A stretch of 62,816 bases of DNA, filler included, from Choristocarpus tenellus KU-1152 (lineage: Eukaryota > Protista > Phaeophyceae): assembly GCA_964200185.2 (NCBI GenBank). It is 8 parts of 8 records of this genome, joined end to end, with 100 filler letters (N's around TTAATTAATTAA, not from the genome) between each part and the next. Parts side by side here need not be neighbours in the genome. Positions count along the whole stretch, not along the records: positions 1 to 20,926 come from CAXNAD020000369.1; positions 21,027 to 28,639 come from CAXNAD020005872.1; 6 more parts are not named here. One strand, given 5' to 3'. Position 1 is the first letter of the stretch; each line of letters begins with the position of its first letter. Positions 12,466-24,153 of the stretch are shown in pieces. The notes under the pieces were generated by a model. It was not told where the DNA came from and ran no database searches. It worked only from the letters and a program-made list of their open reading frames with translations. The translations under genes were made by a program, and so were the position numbers.

Positions 12466-15400
12466 TCATGGATCAGCCTCTTTGTGCTTGTGCTTGGTTC
12501 TTTTAGAGTGTTCAATCATTTGTTTCCGTTTGTGGGCTCGTTTAATGTCGTACTTTGACACAGTACTGATACGTGGTCTTCGTGGTGCCCTATCCTCTTG
12601 TTTCTGTTGATCCTTCCTATTCATCTTCTTCATGCCCAACATCCACTCAGGAACCTGGCAATGAGAAGCCAACAGATATGGTTGAGGAAATTTGGTCAGG
12701 TTCAAGGCAGGATTACCGGAGGCTGAAATATTCCTTGGGCACAGAGTCAACATATAGGGGCAGCAGTGTCAGCAAATCCATAATCGGTCAACCAAAGTTA
12801 CATGTGGTGGAGGCCTGTCTACTAGACATGGCATTTCAGAAAGCAAACCTCCAATGGTAACAATTCACAGTGAATAATTTAGAAGCTGGAGTGGAGAATT
12901 GGGGTCAAGGAATACATCGGCACTGGCTCAAGGTGCAATTTGGACATTCAATTTATTCATTTCTCATCTACACTGTACGGATGTCTAGTTGCCATTCAGT
13001 CAGCTGTGACAAGGCAATGCTGGTGACTGGCAGAATGAGGAGAAGAAGCATAGCAAAAATAAGCTAGGTTAATCATCACAGCTTATATACAACTTTCAGT
13101 GGGTTAAGGCCATTAGAGTGCTTAACATTGAACTAAAGACAGCAGATTGTCTATTTCTGGGGGTGCTATGTTTGGGGGAGGATGTGTCAATTGGTGGTCG
13201 AGAAAGCAGAAAACGGTTACACTGTCTACAGCTGAGGCCGAGAATGTTGCACTGTGTGAGTTGGGGAAAGAGGTTATGTTCCTCAAGCAAGTGCACATGT
13301 TCATGCAACCACAATGTAAAGATTACTTGGTATTAGTGTTTGAGCACAATGACGGTGCAATAAAGATTTCATTACCATAACCATGAGTGTCAGAGAGGAC
13401 ATACCAATATATATTATGGTATGCGTGGACCTTGGGCGAAACATAACCAGCAGTGACCCAGCCTTACATTGCTACGTAGAATGAGCCCAGGCAGGGTACT
13501 GTAGCAAATCTACCCCCTTCAAGGTAGGAACTCCAACCAGCAGGGGGTCTTTCGACTTGAAATGTGACAAGTACCTCGGCCATCCCAAGTCATAGTATAT
13601 AGAAATTAACAGCATTTAGTTGGTCAAAGAGATTCCTACAAATGCGCAAGAGAAAAACCTGCACAAATTTCAAATCTTACACCCTCCTCATTTGCAAACC
13701 TCTAATCTTTCACATCTCCTCACCTCACAGCCACTCAGTCGCATCACATTTGCAATGCTTCGAAGGGAAATCATGTCTGCCTCGGTGAAAAACGTCACAG
13801 CTGTGCCTTTGCGACCAGCACGTCCACTTCGCCCAATTCGATGAATATAGGTCACAGCACTTTGAGGAAAGTCATAGTTGACTACCATGTTTACTCCCTG
13901 CAAATCCAAGGAGCTGTGAGTGCGAATCCAACCAAATTTGGATTTAATTAATACAAGAGTAATGATTCAATTGACCTTATACACTGTAGTACCTTGAAGT
14001 CGATTCCTCTAGACATCAGATCTGTGCAGATGAGGACCCAAATATCTCCTGTCCGGAAGCGTTCAATGATCTTGTCCCTCTGTTCCTGTATATGGAAGTA
14101 AAAGCAGTAACGGTCAGAAAGAAGGCATAAGGTGTTTACCTTGACTCAAATAGCTACATTAGCTCAGAAACAGTACAGTGTTTCTACATTTTTATCTGTA
14201 CTACTTGACATCATGACATATGTGGAATATCAGGGAAACTGCGGCATACCTGGGCCCGCCCAGCATGTATCACATCCACGTTGATTCCATCATAGACCAA
14301 CTCATGAAATAGTTCCTGCCACAGGTGAGGAGTCTTTGATCAAACTTCCATGTGCTATGATGGAGACTGACATTACACCCAAATCAGCTAGGATCAGTGC
14401 CTAGGGTAGGCAGAAAAGTTGAGACAATATTGATTATCATTGGTGCACGGTGACCTGGAGATAGACTCCAAACAATATTTCCACCCAGAACACAAGGATG
14501 AAATCAAATACAATAAATAGCAGTCACCTTCGCACGATCTTTGGATTGCAAAAACACTAGTACTGGGGGGTGCAGCCCTTCCTGCACCAGCTGACGCATG
14601 GCCAATAGCTTGCCCTCCTCCCTTCCCACATACACCAGGCGTTGTTCAATGGTTGAAGCTCCAGCATTTACAGTGCCAACGCTGAGAAAGACAGGATTGC
14701 GCAGAATGCTCTGTGCCAATTCCCTGACCTGCCATGCATAGCAGTTTCATTTCGTGGTACCATCAGTGGGGAAGGGGGTGCTTCATACTCTCAAACAAAT
14801 GAACAAGGATAAAAGATTGTGGGCAAAGATACCTCACCTGATATCCCATGGTGGCACTGAACATTGCACGCTGCACCCCCGAATTGGAGCATGCAGCGAG
14901 AACCTCATCCACTTGAGCAACAAAAGCTTTGTCACCATCTCCACTATGCCCTGTATCGAACAACTTATCAGCCTCATCAAGCACCACAATGCTCACTCGG
15001 GGCAAGGAAACTGCTGCCTCCCTTAGAAGTCCCACTAGACGCATAGGAGTAGACACCACTATATCACATCCCGCCAGAGCAGCCTTGGAATCTGATGCTG
15101 CCTTAGACGCAGTTGCCTTTGTAAGCAAGCATGCGCGCAACTTCCGTCCTCGCGACAAGCGAACTACATCACGGTGAATCTGTGCAGCAAGTTCTCGGGT
15201 TGGTGCAAGCAAAACTGCTCGGACGCCTCTCTCCTCTGCAATTTTTTCCTGGATCCCAAGCCGCAATAGTACAGGCAACACGAACGCAGCAGTCTTTCCT
15301 GAGCCAGTAGGTGCTGTGGCCAGCAGGTCCCTACCCTCTACAAGCACTGGCAGTGCCTGCATCTGAACAGGAGTGGGCTCTTTCCACTTCGACAACTCGA

Positions 15401-16195
15401 TGTTCTCCAGCAGCACTCGACGGGTTTGTCCTCCATCCTGAACATTACCTGCAAAGGGCATGTCGGAAAATGTCTCCATCGGATCTGCCACAGCATGACC
15501 TTTCACGCGAATGTTCATGCGCCGACGAAAGTGTGCAACTTCTTCCTCTCGGACAAGGCGTTCCTTCTCCGCTCCACCTTGGCCATCCGTGCGTGGCCGT
15601 TCCCCCCCCCTTTGTGCCCTTGCTGAAGTATTCCCAAAGAACAGTTCACTCATTCCATCTTCAGAATCTGAGCCTATCTCTGTGGAGATTGAAGCAGGTG
15701 CTGGGACTTTCCTAGACGAACTGATGTCATGGGAACCAGGATCAATTGAAATGCTATGCTGGGGCTTCCTTTGCTCACACTTGGCAGTCTTCTTCTCTTC
15801 CACAACCAACGATCGTCGACGTTTCTTGGTACCACTGCCCTCCATATACGTGTGAATAAGAAGGGCAAGTTAGAGCACTGAAAGAAACAGGGGAACCACA
15901 CAGTCAGGGTACAAAGGAACTTAGAGCTCTCGACATGAGCTTGAATTACTTCCTCTTCAACTGGCGATGTATCAACATGGGGAATCGTCTAAAGTGTGAG
16001 AAGAAGGATGGTACAGCAGGGTCTACAGTGGTTAACCTCCTGCATCCCTCACGTTCCCCGATGGAAGAAGTCGACTGGAGCTGAAGCAGTGACCCCGCCT
16101 TTATTGGGTTCAGAATTGACTTCGCCTCTCAAATTTGTGGGTTGCTTGGATGAGAAACGACCACCACTGCACAAGGACGCAAAAAGATCTTCCAT
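12466..16195 (-). CDS. DDX52: DEAD-box RNA helicase DDX52/ROK1. Exons 16195-16053, 15834-14838, 14728-14528, 14315-14250, 14085-13993, 13897-13724, 12654-12466
   Basis: N-terminus [14 protein letters not shown]...VDFF; [60 protein letters not shown]; C-terminus [16 protein letters not shown], typical of ROK1/DDX52. All introns GT-AG. The exon 1/2 junction is inferred from phase. Confidence 0.95.
13140..13385 (+). mobile_element. Ty1/copia RNase H remnant in the last intron of DDX52
   Basis: [35 protein letters not shown]...[10 protein letters not shown], the classic WxSxKQxxVxxSTxEAEY...DNxxAI signature. Confidence 0.9.
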
Positions 16196-16378
16196 GCTTC
16201 CTGTCCTTGTTTCACACTCCACTTTTTCCCTCTATTCTCTACCTTCTGTTTTACAAAGAAAATTCACCTTGGAAGGCCAAGGCAAAATTGTTGAAGTGGG
16301 ATGAAACATGAAGGGTTCAGGTTGGGTCTTGTGCATGCTTCTCATCTTCTTTGAGGGGGCAGTTTTGGTTTTTTGAAG
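16196..16378. promoter_or_regulatory. Putative bidirectional promoter between DDX52 and the FNR-like gene
   Basis: Divergent start codons at 16195 (-) and 16379 (+) are separated by 183 bp. Confidence 0.6.
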
Positions 16379-18114
16379 ATGCTGTCACCCATGGGATTGA
16401 GATCGGTTCTTGGTTTGACCGCACTCACGTTGGTAGGCGCTTTCGTTCCTCCAAATAGACTCCATATTGGTCATGGAACCACCACACGTGCGACGACCCA
16501 TGCCTATACTTCCCGCAGGATAGTTACATGCCAGCAGGATATCGCATGGCAAAAGGTGAGGCACGTCCCCCAACTTCCTTACATCTAAATGGGAAGACTT
16601 GACACTTTCATGACCTAGTATCTGACTCAACCACTCTTTACACTGTGCCCGTTTACGCCCTTCTCTCACTTCCAGACCAAGATCATCTCAACCAGCAAGG
16701 TGAGAAGTCTTCACTTTCGGTTTGGATCATGAAACTATGAAAGCATATGTACAGCCTCGATGAAGATGGATAGGTTACCCTGAGAAAAGTGTTGGGAAAG
16801 GAGTGTGTTCATTAGATACCAACACATGCAAAACATGTGGATGTCGTCGGGCAAACAACGTAGAAAACCATACCTTTTGTAAGTGGTTACTCGTAGCTGT
16901 GCTTGAATACTTCTGATCTCATTGGCTCCGTCTCGTTCTTGGAATATCTTCGTAAAACGTTTCTCTATTCGATTGTGTTTTGTCTCTCATTTAGAGCTGT
17001 CGGTTTCTCAATGAATTAGGTAACCAGTCTATCCTCTTCTGCGAGGGTGATGTGTTGACCCTATCTCCACGATCGTTGAAGTCAGGCCGCCGAGGGTATT
17101 CAGAGCTTGACAATTGAGACAGGAGACATCGGAAAAGACTACAAGATGCCTGGTCAGTTTGTGCAGATCAAAATTGGAGACAGCAAACCTGGCTTCTTTG
17201 CCATTGCCAGCGCCCCCAATAGTGATGGTACCATGGATTTCCTGATCAAGGAAACAGACAGCACAAAGGCTATCATCACCGCTGTGTCTGGCTCCACTGT
17301 GGATATGAGCCCAGTGATGGGTAAGGGATTTCCAATCAAGGAAAACCTTGATGGGTATAAATACGACTTCCCCACTCAGAACATCATCTTAATGGCAACA
17401 GGAACTGGCATTGCTCCCATTCGGGCTGCACTTGACTCTGGTATCCTAGAAGTCTCTGAGAAGGATGTTTTTGGCCGCTCCTGCCGCTTGTACTATGGTG
17501 TTCAGAGCATGGCGAAGATGCCATATGTTGAAAAGATGAAGGAGTGGGAAGCTAATGGCTTGGAAATCATACCTGTATTATCTCAGGGTGGTGAGTGCCC
17601 TCATGTCGCTTGCATGCCTCCCCTGAGACAAGTAGTCCTACGACTGCATCGAAACAACATACTTTGTGATGTTCTGCTATAGGACAGGTTTCCTAAACCG
17701 GAGCTTGATACTGCAACATTGGTGATATTTCCACGTTTTCTACAATAAGATTCCAAAATGCCAACGTTACGAAGGGATTTAATTGATAGGGCAAGCCTCT
17801 ATCCGTGTTACTTCGTTTGTTAATCATCACTACATTTTGTTTTGGGGTTCGTTGGCGATTTGATTTAAAGATACAGTTCTCCCCTTTTGAAAGCTCATCA
17901 GGACATTACTCGCCATTCTCCTCTATGTGCTGAATCAGGTGCGGATTGGACAGGACGCAGGGGTTATATCCAGTCAGCACTGAAAGAAGATAAGGTTCGT
18001 GTTCCCAGAAACACAGGTGTTCTCCTTTGCGGCCAGAAGGAAATGGCTGATGAAGTGAAGGCTATCTGCTCCGAGGCAGGAGTGTTTGAAGGGCGACTTC
18101 TGACTAACTTCTAA
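16379..18114 (+). CDS. Plastid-targeted ferredoxin-NADP reductase-like FAD/NAD(P)-binding oxidoreductase (pKIWI502-like). Exons 16379-16555, 16676-16699, 17086-17590, 17939-18114
   Basis: Signal peptide plus VGA|FVP (ASAFAP-type) cleavage and a T/R-rich transit peptide; YKMPGQFVQ, FFAIASAP, MATGTGIAPIRA, LYYG, LLCGQKEM, C-terminal LLTNF*. GT-AG junctions in phase. Confidence 0.92.
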
Positions 18115-18799
18115 ACTGATGATATGAGAAGCCTTCTATTTCTTTAGTCCCCATGAATATGGTTTGTAAACAATTAAGTGCACTATCTGATTGTGTCACC
18201 CTGAGCCTTCACCTCCAGTGCCAATATTTGCACCCCTGTCTTTGAGTTTGTCATTTCTTGAACACAAAGCCTGCTTTATATGCCAACAATTTCCTGCCTA
18301 CGCACTAGACAAATCAAATGTACGTGATGAAAGCATCCACGTGAATCTAAGCTTGAGCATGACTATAGTCACCACTCCGTGCGTGTCTATTTTAACTAGC
18401 ATCTGTTTCCGGTTGTGTATTCAGTTGGACCTCCAGCCATTCTTGCATATATTTTCTTTTGGCATCAACATATCTCCAGCATGCTAGAGCAGCAATGAAT
18501 TGCTGGAGACCCCACAAGAAATGACCTTATTGAGCTACTTTAAAGTTCTGTGACACTTAGTCAGAGTGAGTTACTGCCAAACCCCTCATCCATTTTCTGA
18601 CTTGTGCAGTAATTGTGGGTAAGGACTCTCACCTACTCCAGCACCAATGGCAAACTCTAGATTGGTGCTTATTTGAATACTTCTTTGGGGACAGGTAGGT
18701 AAGCAAAAGTGTGAACTGAAAATACTTGGTGTCCCGGTATGAGACTTGAGAACCTGTCAGTAAAGCCTTCTCGCCTTGGACAACATCGACAGACTGCTG

Positions 18800-19450
18800 C
18801 ATACATAACATACACTATGGGCACTAATTGGTCTGGAGGTGTTGCAGGTACTACGTTGGCATATATTTCAATCGTCAGTGTTGAGGGCATAACATAGTGT
18901 TGCCTTTTCAATCTAGCATGCGTTGTGTCATATCACAAAATGCAATGATAAGACGTTGTTCCTATCACTTTATGTTACAAGTGTTACAATCAATGAAATA
19001 TCCTAAGATTTTGCATTCAGAAATATCATTACGGCGAGTGTACTTGCATGGGTGAGGTGTATCAATTTGAGATTCACAATACAATGCCAATGGAAGTAGA
19101 CAATAGAACATCTGGATTTGCAATTGCACATGGAAGCCGTCGTCATACATCGATCAAGACAGAAACAGAGCACAACCAGAAAAAAAAAAGTGCTGAGAGA
19201 CACTGTGAACTCTGTTGATAAGCAGTGCAACATTTCCTATTTCTTTCCAACAACGTGTAATGTTATGGTACAACAGGGTGCGATCACCACACTTTTGAAT
19301 GTGTAAAGCTATAACAATATATTGTCTAGTAAAACAATGTTAGAAAATTACACTTTGTGTCACAGTGTCACAGGCGCTACTTTCAAATGGCAAAATCTGT
19401 TACATATGTTTAGGACTGAAGTATTACGAGCGCTACATTGTGTTGTGCAA
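18800..19450 (+). mobile_element. Possible highly decayed MULE transposase remnant
   Basis: NAMIRRCSYHFMLQVL (CxxH motif) at about 18940-18990, and a weak TT..SYNN..ENYTL downstream. Very degenerate. Confidence 0.3.
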
Positions 19451-20926
19451 GTTTTGGAATGGAATGTTTTGGGTGCTAAATATTGTCCCTACGTTGTCAG
19501 TGTCAATGTTACCAACAATATGTGGTGATGAGTATTGCGTTATCCAATGTATGAAAGCTTTCGTTGGTACCCTTCCCATGAAAAAGGTCACAGTGGAAAT
19601 AAGTGTTCAACATGGCTATCTCTGAACTCACCTTCTCGTACCTGATGTAAAGAAAACGCCTCAAAACCTGCTCATGGCTATAGGGATAATTGATCATTTT
19701 CAAGTAGTAAATGTGTGTGTGGTGTCTTTCTCACAACTCTCGCTGGATTACGAAATGTTCATTTCCTTTCCAAAGAAAGGAACAAGCTGTGATCAGAAAC
19801 GATTTTCGACAAATGTATCAATCAGGTTATCCGATACTTTTGGTGATATGTTGTGAATCGAAAGGTGTAATAAATACAAATGAAATCATATACTCAATCG
19901 AATAGAATGAAACCTAGTGCACAGCACAGAAAGTGAGCTGGCCCTGGGATTTTCCAAGGAGTGCACTCATAGAAAAACACCAATTGAATGGAATCCTTTG
20001 GTTTTGTTGTCAAGTGTTGTTTATTGATTGGATTTGTAGCATTTGAGTTTGTACAACTAACAATGTGGCTACTAACACTACTACTGTGATCACTTCTGTT
20101 TGAGGGTCGCTGAATAAAAAAATTGCATCATTAGTTGGTTCGGTTAAATATACTTAGAACTCACAACACTACAATTTACTGCAATCACCTCTGTTTGACG
20201 GCAGTTAAACCAAAAATTAACACAACTAGTTGGGTCAGATAAATGTACACACTTGGAAGTATTTTTTGTGTTTTGGAGTGAAATAACAATTATAAGTCGC
20301 AACTATTTTTGTTATGTTTTTGTGAGAAACGTCAAACGGTGAACGAAGGCGTGAGAGAGGAGCAGTACATACACCACGTAGTAGTTCCTTCCAAGGTGAG
20401 AACGCCATCAAGGTTAAGATCACTTCATCAGAACATACATGTATCTAGGTATTTAGTTTTTAATTATTATTAGGCGTAGGAATCTGTTTCTGACACTAAT
20501 TTTCTTGATTACTCGAAGACATCATTTTTGAGCGAGTATGAGTGCACGTCATCCTCAAAAAATATATAAAAACCATGTTTTTGAGAAATTATTAGCGACT
20601 GTGACGATGTGCACACTCACCAAAAAAGTTCCATATAGGGAATGGAGGGATGAACTCGTGCAACTACATAATAAGTAGGTCTCAACACGCGTTGGAAGGG
20701 GTGTTAACTATGAATTTGTATCAAGTATGTACAGTATGGAAGGCTTCTCAGTATTGAAAAGCCAATCACCAACATTGAGGATGGAGCATACTATTATGGA
20801 GGATGGGTTTGACCGAAAATGGTGCGCGGAAAGTGTCCATATGTTTTTTTTTGTAAATGTTGCAGCACTTTTTAAGGGTCCCGCTACGAATGGGATATAT
20901 TTTTGTTCAAAAATATTTCGGTGCTT

Positions 20927-21026
20927 NNNNNNNNNNNNNNNNNNNNNNNNNNNNNNNNNNNNNNNNNNNNTTAATTAATTAANNNNNNNNNNNNNNNNNN
21001 NNNNNNNNNNNNNNNNNNNNNNNNNN
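20927..21026. other. Artificial contig linker (N-run, TTAATTAATTAA, N-run). Also at about 28640-28739, 31245-31344, 43544-43643, 47042-47141, 57001-57100 and 59994-60093
   Basis: The same 100-nt spacer each time, with a 12-mer giving stops in all six frames. Confidence 0.97.
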
Positions 21027-21239
21027 ATTCAGCAAAAATGTAACCTTTCCAAAAAAAAAAATCCGAAAAATTCCTTTGTACCAGTGATAGCTTAGATCCA
21101 GAGCTTTCATTTGATATGTTGATCCTCGATTAACTCCTTGGCCAACACTTCGAAAAAAAATCAAGACTAGTCTCATCCTAGAGGCCACTGCCAACACTCT
21201 ACGAGTACCATTCTTCCCCACCCGATTCTTCTTCTTCAG

Positions 21240-22620
21240 GATGTTCGGAGATTGCAGACCCCTTGACGAACCAAACTTTCTTTGAGGATATTCAAACCTT
21301 TGGTGACCTAATTCCCCTCAAACAAAACGGGTAATACCCCCTTCAGTCTCCTTCTGGTTCTTGAGTTGAGGACGCTTGGATCGGAAGTGAGGTTCGCCAC
21401 ATTCCCAACAGGCTCAAAGTATCTCGGAGGGGGTGGCGGCTGTCCATTTGGGGTCAATTTTTTCATATCACGATTTTTGGGTGATTTGGTTGCCATACGT
21501 CCGATGGATAATGTGAATGCACTTTTCCCGATTTTGGTCCAAATGGATAACCTCGTGTAGATCCCCCCCACCCCCCCAGATACTTTAGTCAAAACCAGAT
21601 GGCCCACCAGTACGTCTAGATTGCCGTCCTGCCACCACTGCACCAACTCTCACCCAGGCGATTCTGTCCCCTTTTAGATAGAGCGTAAATGGTATTTCTT
21701 CAAGGCTAACATTTCCACTTTCATCCACGTGTCTGGCAACTTGTCATCATCAATACGGTGTAAGATGTCAACACAGTCATTGCCGAGTGAATTTTGAAGC
21801 CAACCCTCTCAATCTTACCTCAGTCACCAATTCTCCCAGGGTCGTTAGCTCCATTATAAGAGTCCCTTCCCGATTTACGATGTCAGCAGGATCTCCCCCA
21901 GGTTCCAGCACCATCTCCATCAATTTCCGTTTCACAAGATTTCTCTCAGTTTGCCCAGAATGAGCGTAATTCTTGATGGGTGCGGCGAATGCTTCACTCG
22001 GAGATTCGTGTGTCAAGACAATATCCAAGGCAGGTCCAGCTGTAGCCTCTTGAAGTCCATTGATCGCGTACATCGTTGCATGAGGAAGGTACGGTTCTAC
22101 ACCATCAGTGAATAGTCCAATGATAATACCCTCAGGTGTTCCTTCGTTGCGAGTGGCTCCCTCCATCTCGATGAGAGAGCATGGCTAAAGAATGTTTCAT
22201 TCCACTTCCTCCAAGTTCCTGGTTCTCCCTTGAACACAGGTTGTTTGCAGGAATATTGTTTTAACTTGGGTGCAAATATGGGTCTAGATCCCACAGTCAC
22301 TGTATCTCTAGCCCCACCCCCTTGCACGGCTGATGTCCCATCTTCAATCTCCCCCCCTAAGGGGCCATTGACGGTCCTTCCACTCCGCCATCAATAGAGT
22401 TCAGACTTGAGTCAAATCTTGATCTGGGTATCATCTTGTTTGTCTTGACTCCATTCCTGATGATAGCTAAAATCCAAATACAGTAACTATGTAAGCACGC
22501 TTTATAAGTGCTATAGCATGTCAAGCTGTCCTTGACGATCTTTTGTCCCATACAACCATTTGATATATTATTTTTATTAGCTTGCATCAGAGTTGAGAAG
22601 AGAGTGAGACACATCATCAG
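21240..22620 (-). mobile_element. Copia-like gag remnant interrupted by a MITE
   Basis: PVFKGEPGTWRKWNETF; LVKRKLMEMVLEPGGDPADIVNR...ELTTLGE (gag-like). Removing the MITE at 21411-21590 restores GCWECGEPHFRSKRP, a degenerate zinc knuckle. Confidence 0.65.
21411..21590 (+). mobile_element. MITE family A (about 180 bp), copy 1
   Basis: TIR GGCTCAAAGTATCT...AGATACTTTAGTC; body shared with the copies at 28485, 37572, 41877 and 58877. Confidence 0.9.
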
Positions 22621-22854
22621 ATGGGATTCACCAAACCTTACAGCAAATGACTCATCGAAACCAAGAGACCCAACAGTTCTCTAGAACACTTCAGAAACAC
22701 TTCTACTTCCGCGTGAACTTTGCCTGATCAAATACCCTAACTCTAAATATCCCAAATGTCCCACAACATCTTTTGTGCATATATTCAATCTGAGTTGGAA
22801 TCTTATGTTATTATCACAAATGGACAAGCAAAATCTTGACACACAGAAAACCGA

Positions 22855-22938
22855 AAAAGGGCATAAAAACTTGTGGGAAGCCAAGCCCCAATTGAACAAA
22901 CAGGGCAAAACTCCTACCCCCTTAAATGCTTTGGCTCC
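22855..22938 (+). mobile_element. MITE family B, decayed right-end fragment
   Basis: GTGGGAAGCCAAGCCCCAATTGAACAAACAGGGCAAAACTC matches the family B right arm. Confidence 0.75.
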
Positions 22939-23159
22939 CATTCAATCTGCCCTCCATGGTTGAACTCGCTCTCAGTATTCCCTCCTATTTCCACTTCACA
23001 GATAACCTCCGAGCTGCCACCTTCCTCTCCTAGAATGTACAGGCATGTCTCCGTTCCCATCACACCCACCTCCCCAACACCAGCTACAGTACCTTTTCCA
23101 TTCCACGAACAACGGATGTTTTTCTTCTGCTGCTGCTGCCAAGATTACCAAATAAGAAT

Positions 23160-23411
23160 GAGTTAAAATATCTTAGAGGGTACTTGTTTTGCCCTGTCTG
23201 TCCATTTGGGGCTTGGCTTCGGATGGTTCCTTTTTGATATTTTCCTACACCAAAATGTGTAGGTAAAATGTATATATTATGAAAAGACATGTCCGGAACA
23301 AGAATTTTTAAACTTCCCAACAAACACGATCGCCAAAATTGCATCAAAATCGCAACATTGGATTTTGGCACCCAAATGGACATGGGCCTACCCTCTAAGA
23401 TAATTTGGCTC
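23160..23411 (-). mobile_element. MITE family B (about 255 bp)
   Basis: Reverse-complement copy of family B; flanked by AAT/AAT 3-bp duplication. Confidence 0.88.
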
Positions 23412-23642
23412 AATGATGCAAAATTCTGTAAGATTAGAGGAGAAAGGGAGTGTACATACGAAATACCAACATTTTTCTTCCAGAAATGGAACAATCTCAT
23501 ACAGAATTGATCCAATAGAGGGATCTTATCCATATTATAAGTATGTCCCACCCCTCCCCAAAATACTCATTGCTATCATTATTATTATGTTACATCGATC
23601 GTTATTGTTGAGATTCCCTTCACTGCATTGACCCTTCCACAG

Positions 23643-24153
23643 ATTCCACTGCTCCAGTGTCGGAAGCAGCAAGACGGTCACTGCTCCCCCTGCAATCACT
23701 CCATCAGCTGGGACAAAGTCAATGCCTCAGCTATTATCTCCAACTCCTCCCACCCTGCCCTTGGCATACCCATTGGTTGATGTTCCATGGCGAAAAATGC
23801 AAAGCTCAGCCTTTTTTGCCTCAAGTCTGGGAGGAGCAGAGAACAAACATGGTCCTGGGAAGGGCGAGTCAGGAAATCGGTGGGGTCAGGACAGAAGAGA
23901 AGAGCCAATTGAGACGCCACCCGAATGTCAGGACATGGAGGCAAAAAGTATGTCGACACCGAGGGGCTATGCCAAGGGTGGATACACAGCTTTGGGAAAC
24001 ATCTTCTGGAACTGTGACAACAGGGGTGGTGAGAGTGTTGAGGTAGGGAGGGGAGGGAAGGCAGTGTTTGAGTGGAAGCCTGAGGATGTCGGGCGATGGT
24101 TGGCTGAGGATCTCCAGCTGGAGAGGTACTCACACATATTTGTAACTGCCAAG
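23643..24153 (+). CDS. Internal exon of a SAM-domain protein; other exons not located
   Basis: Open frame from acceptor CCACAG to donor AAG|GTGAG, ending VFEWKPEDVGRWLAEDLQLERYSHIFVTAK, which is the first half of a SAM domain (WxxEDVxxWL...LxxYxxxF). Confidence 0.7.

Noticed and set aside
15949-15988. Possible extra DDX52 micro-exon flanked by TTTAG and GTAATT
   Set aside because: Not needed, since exon 1 joins exon 2 in phase, and there is no homology support.
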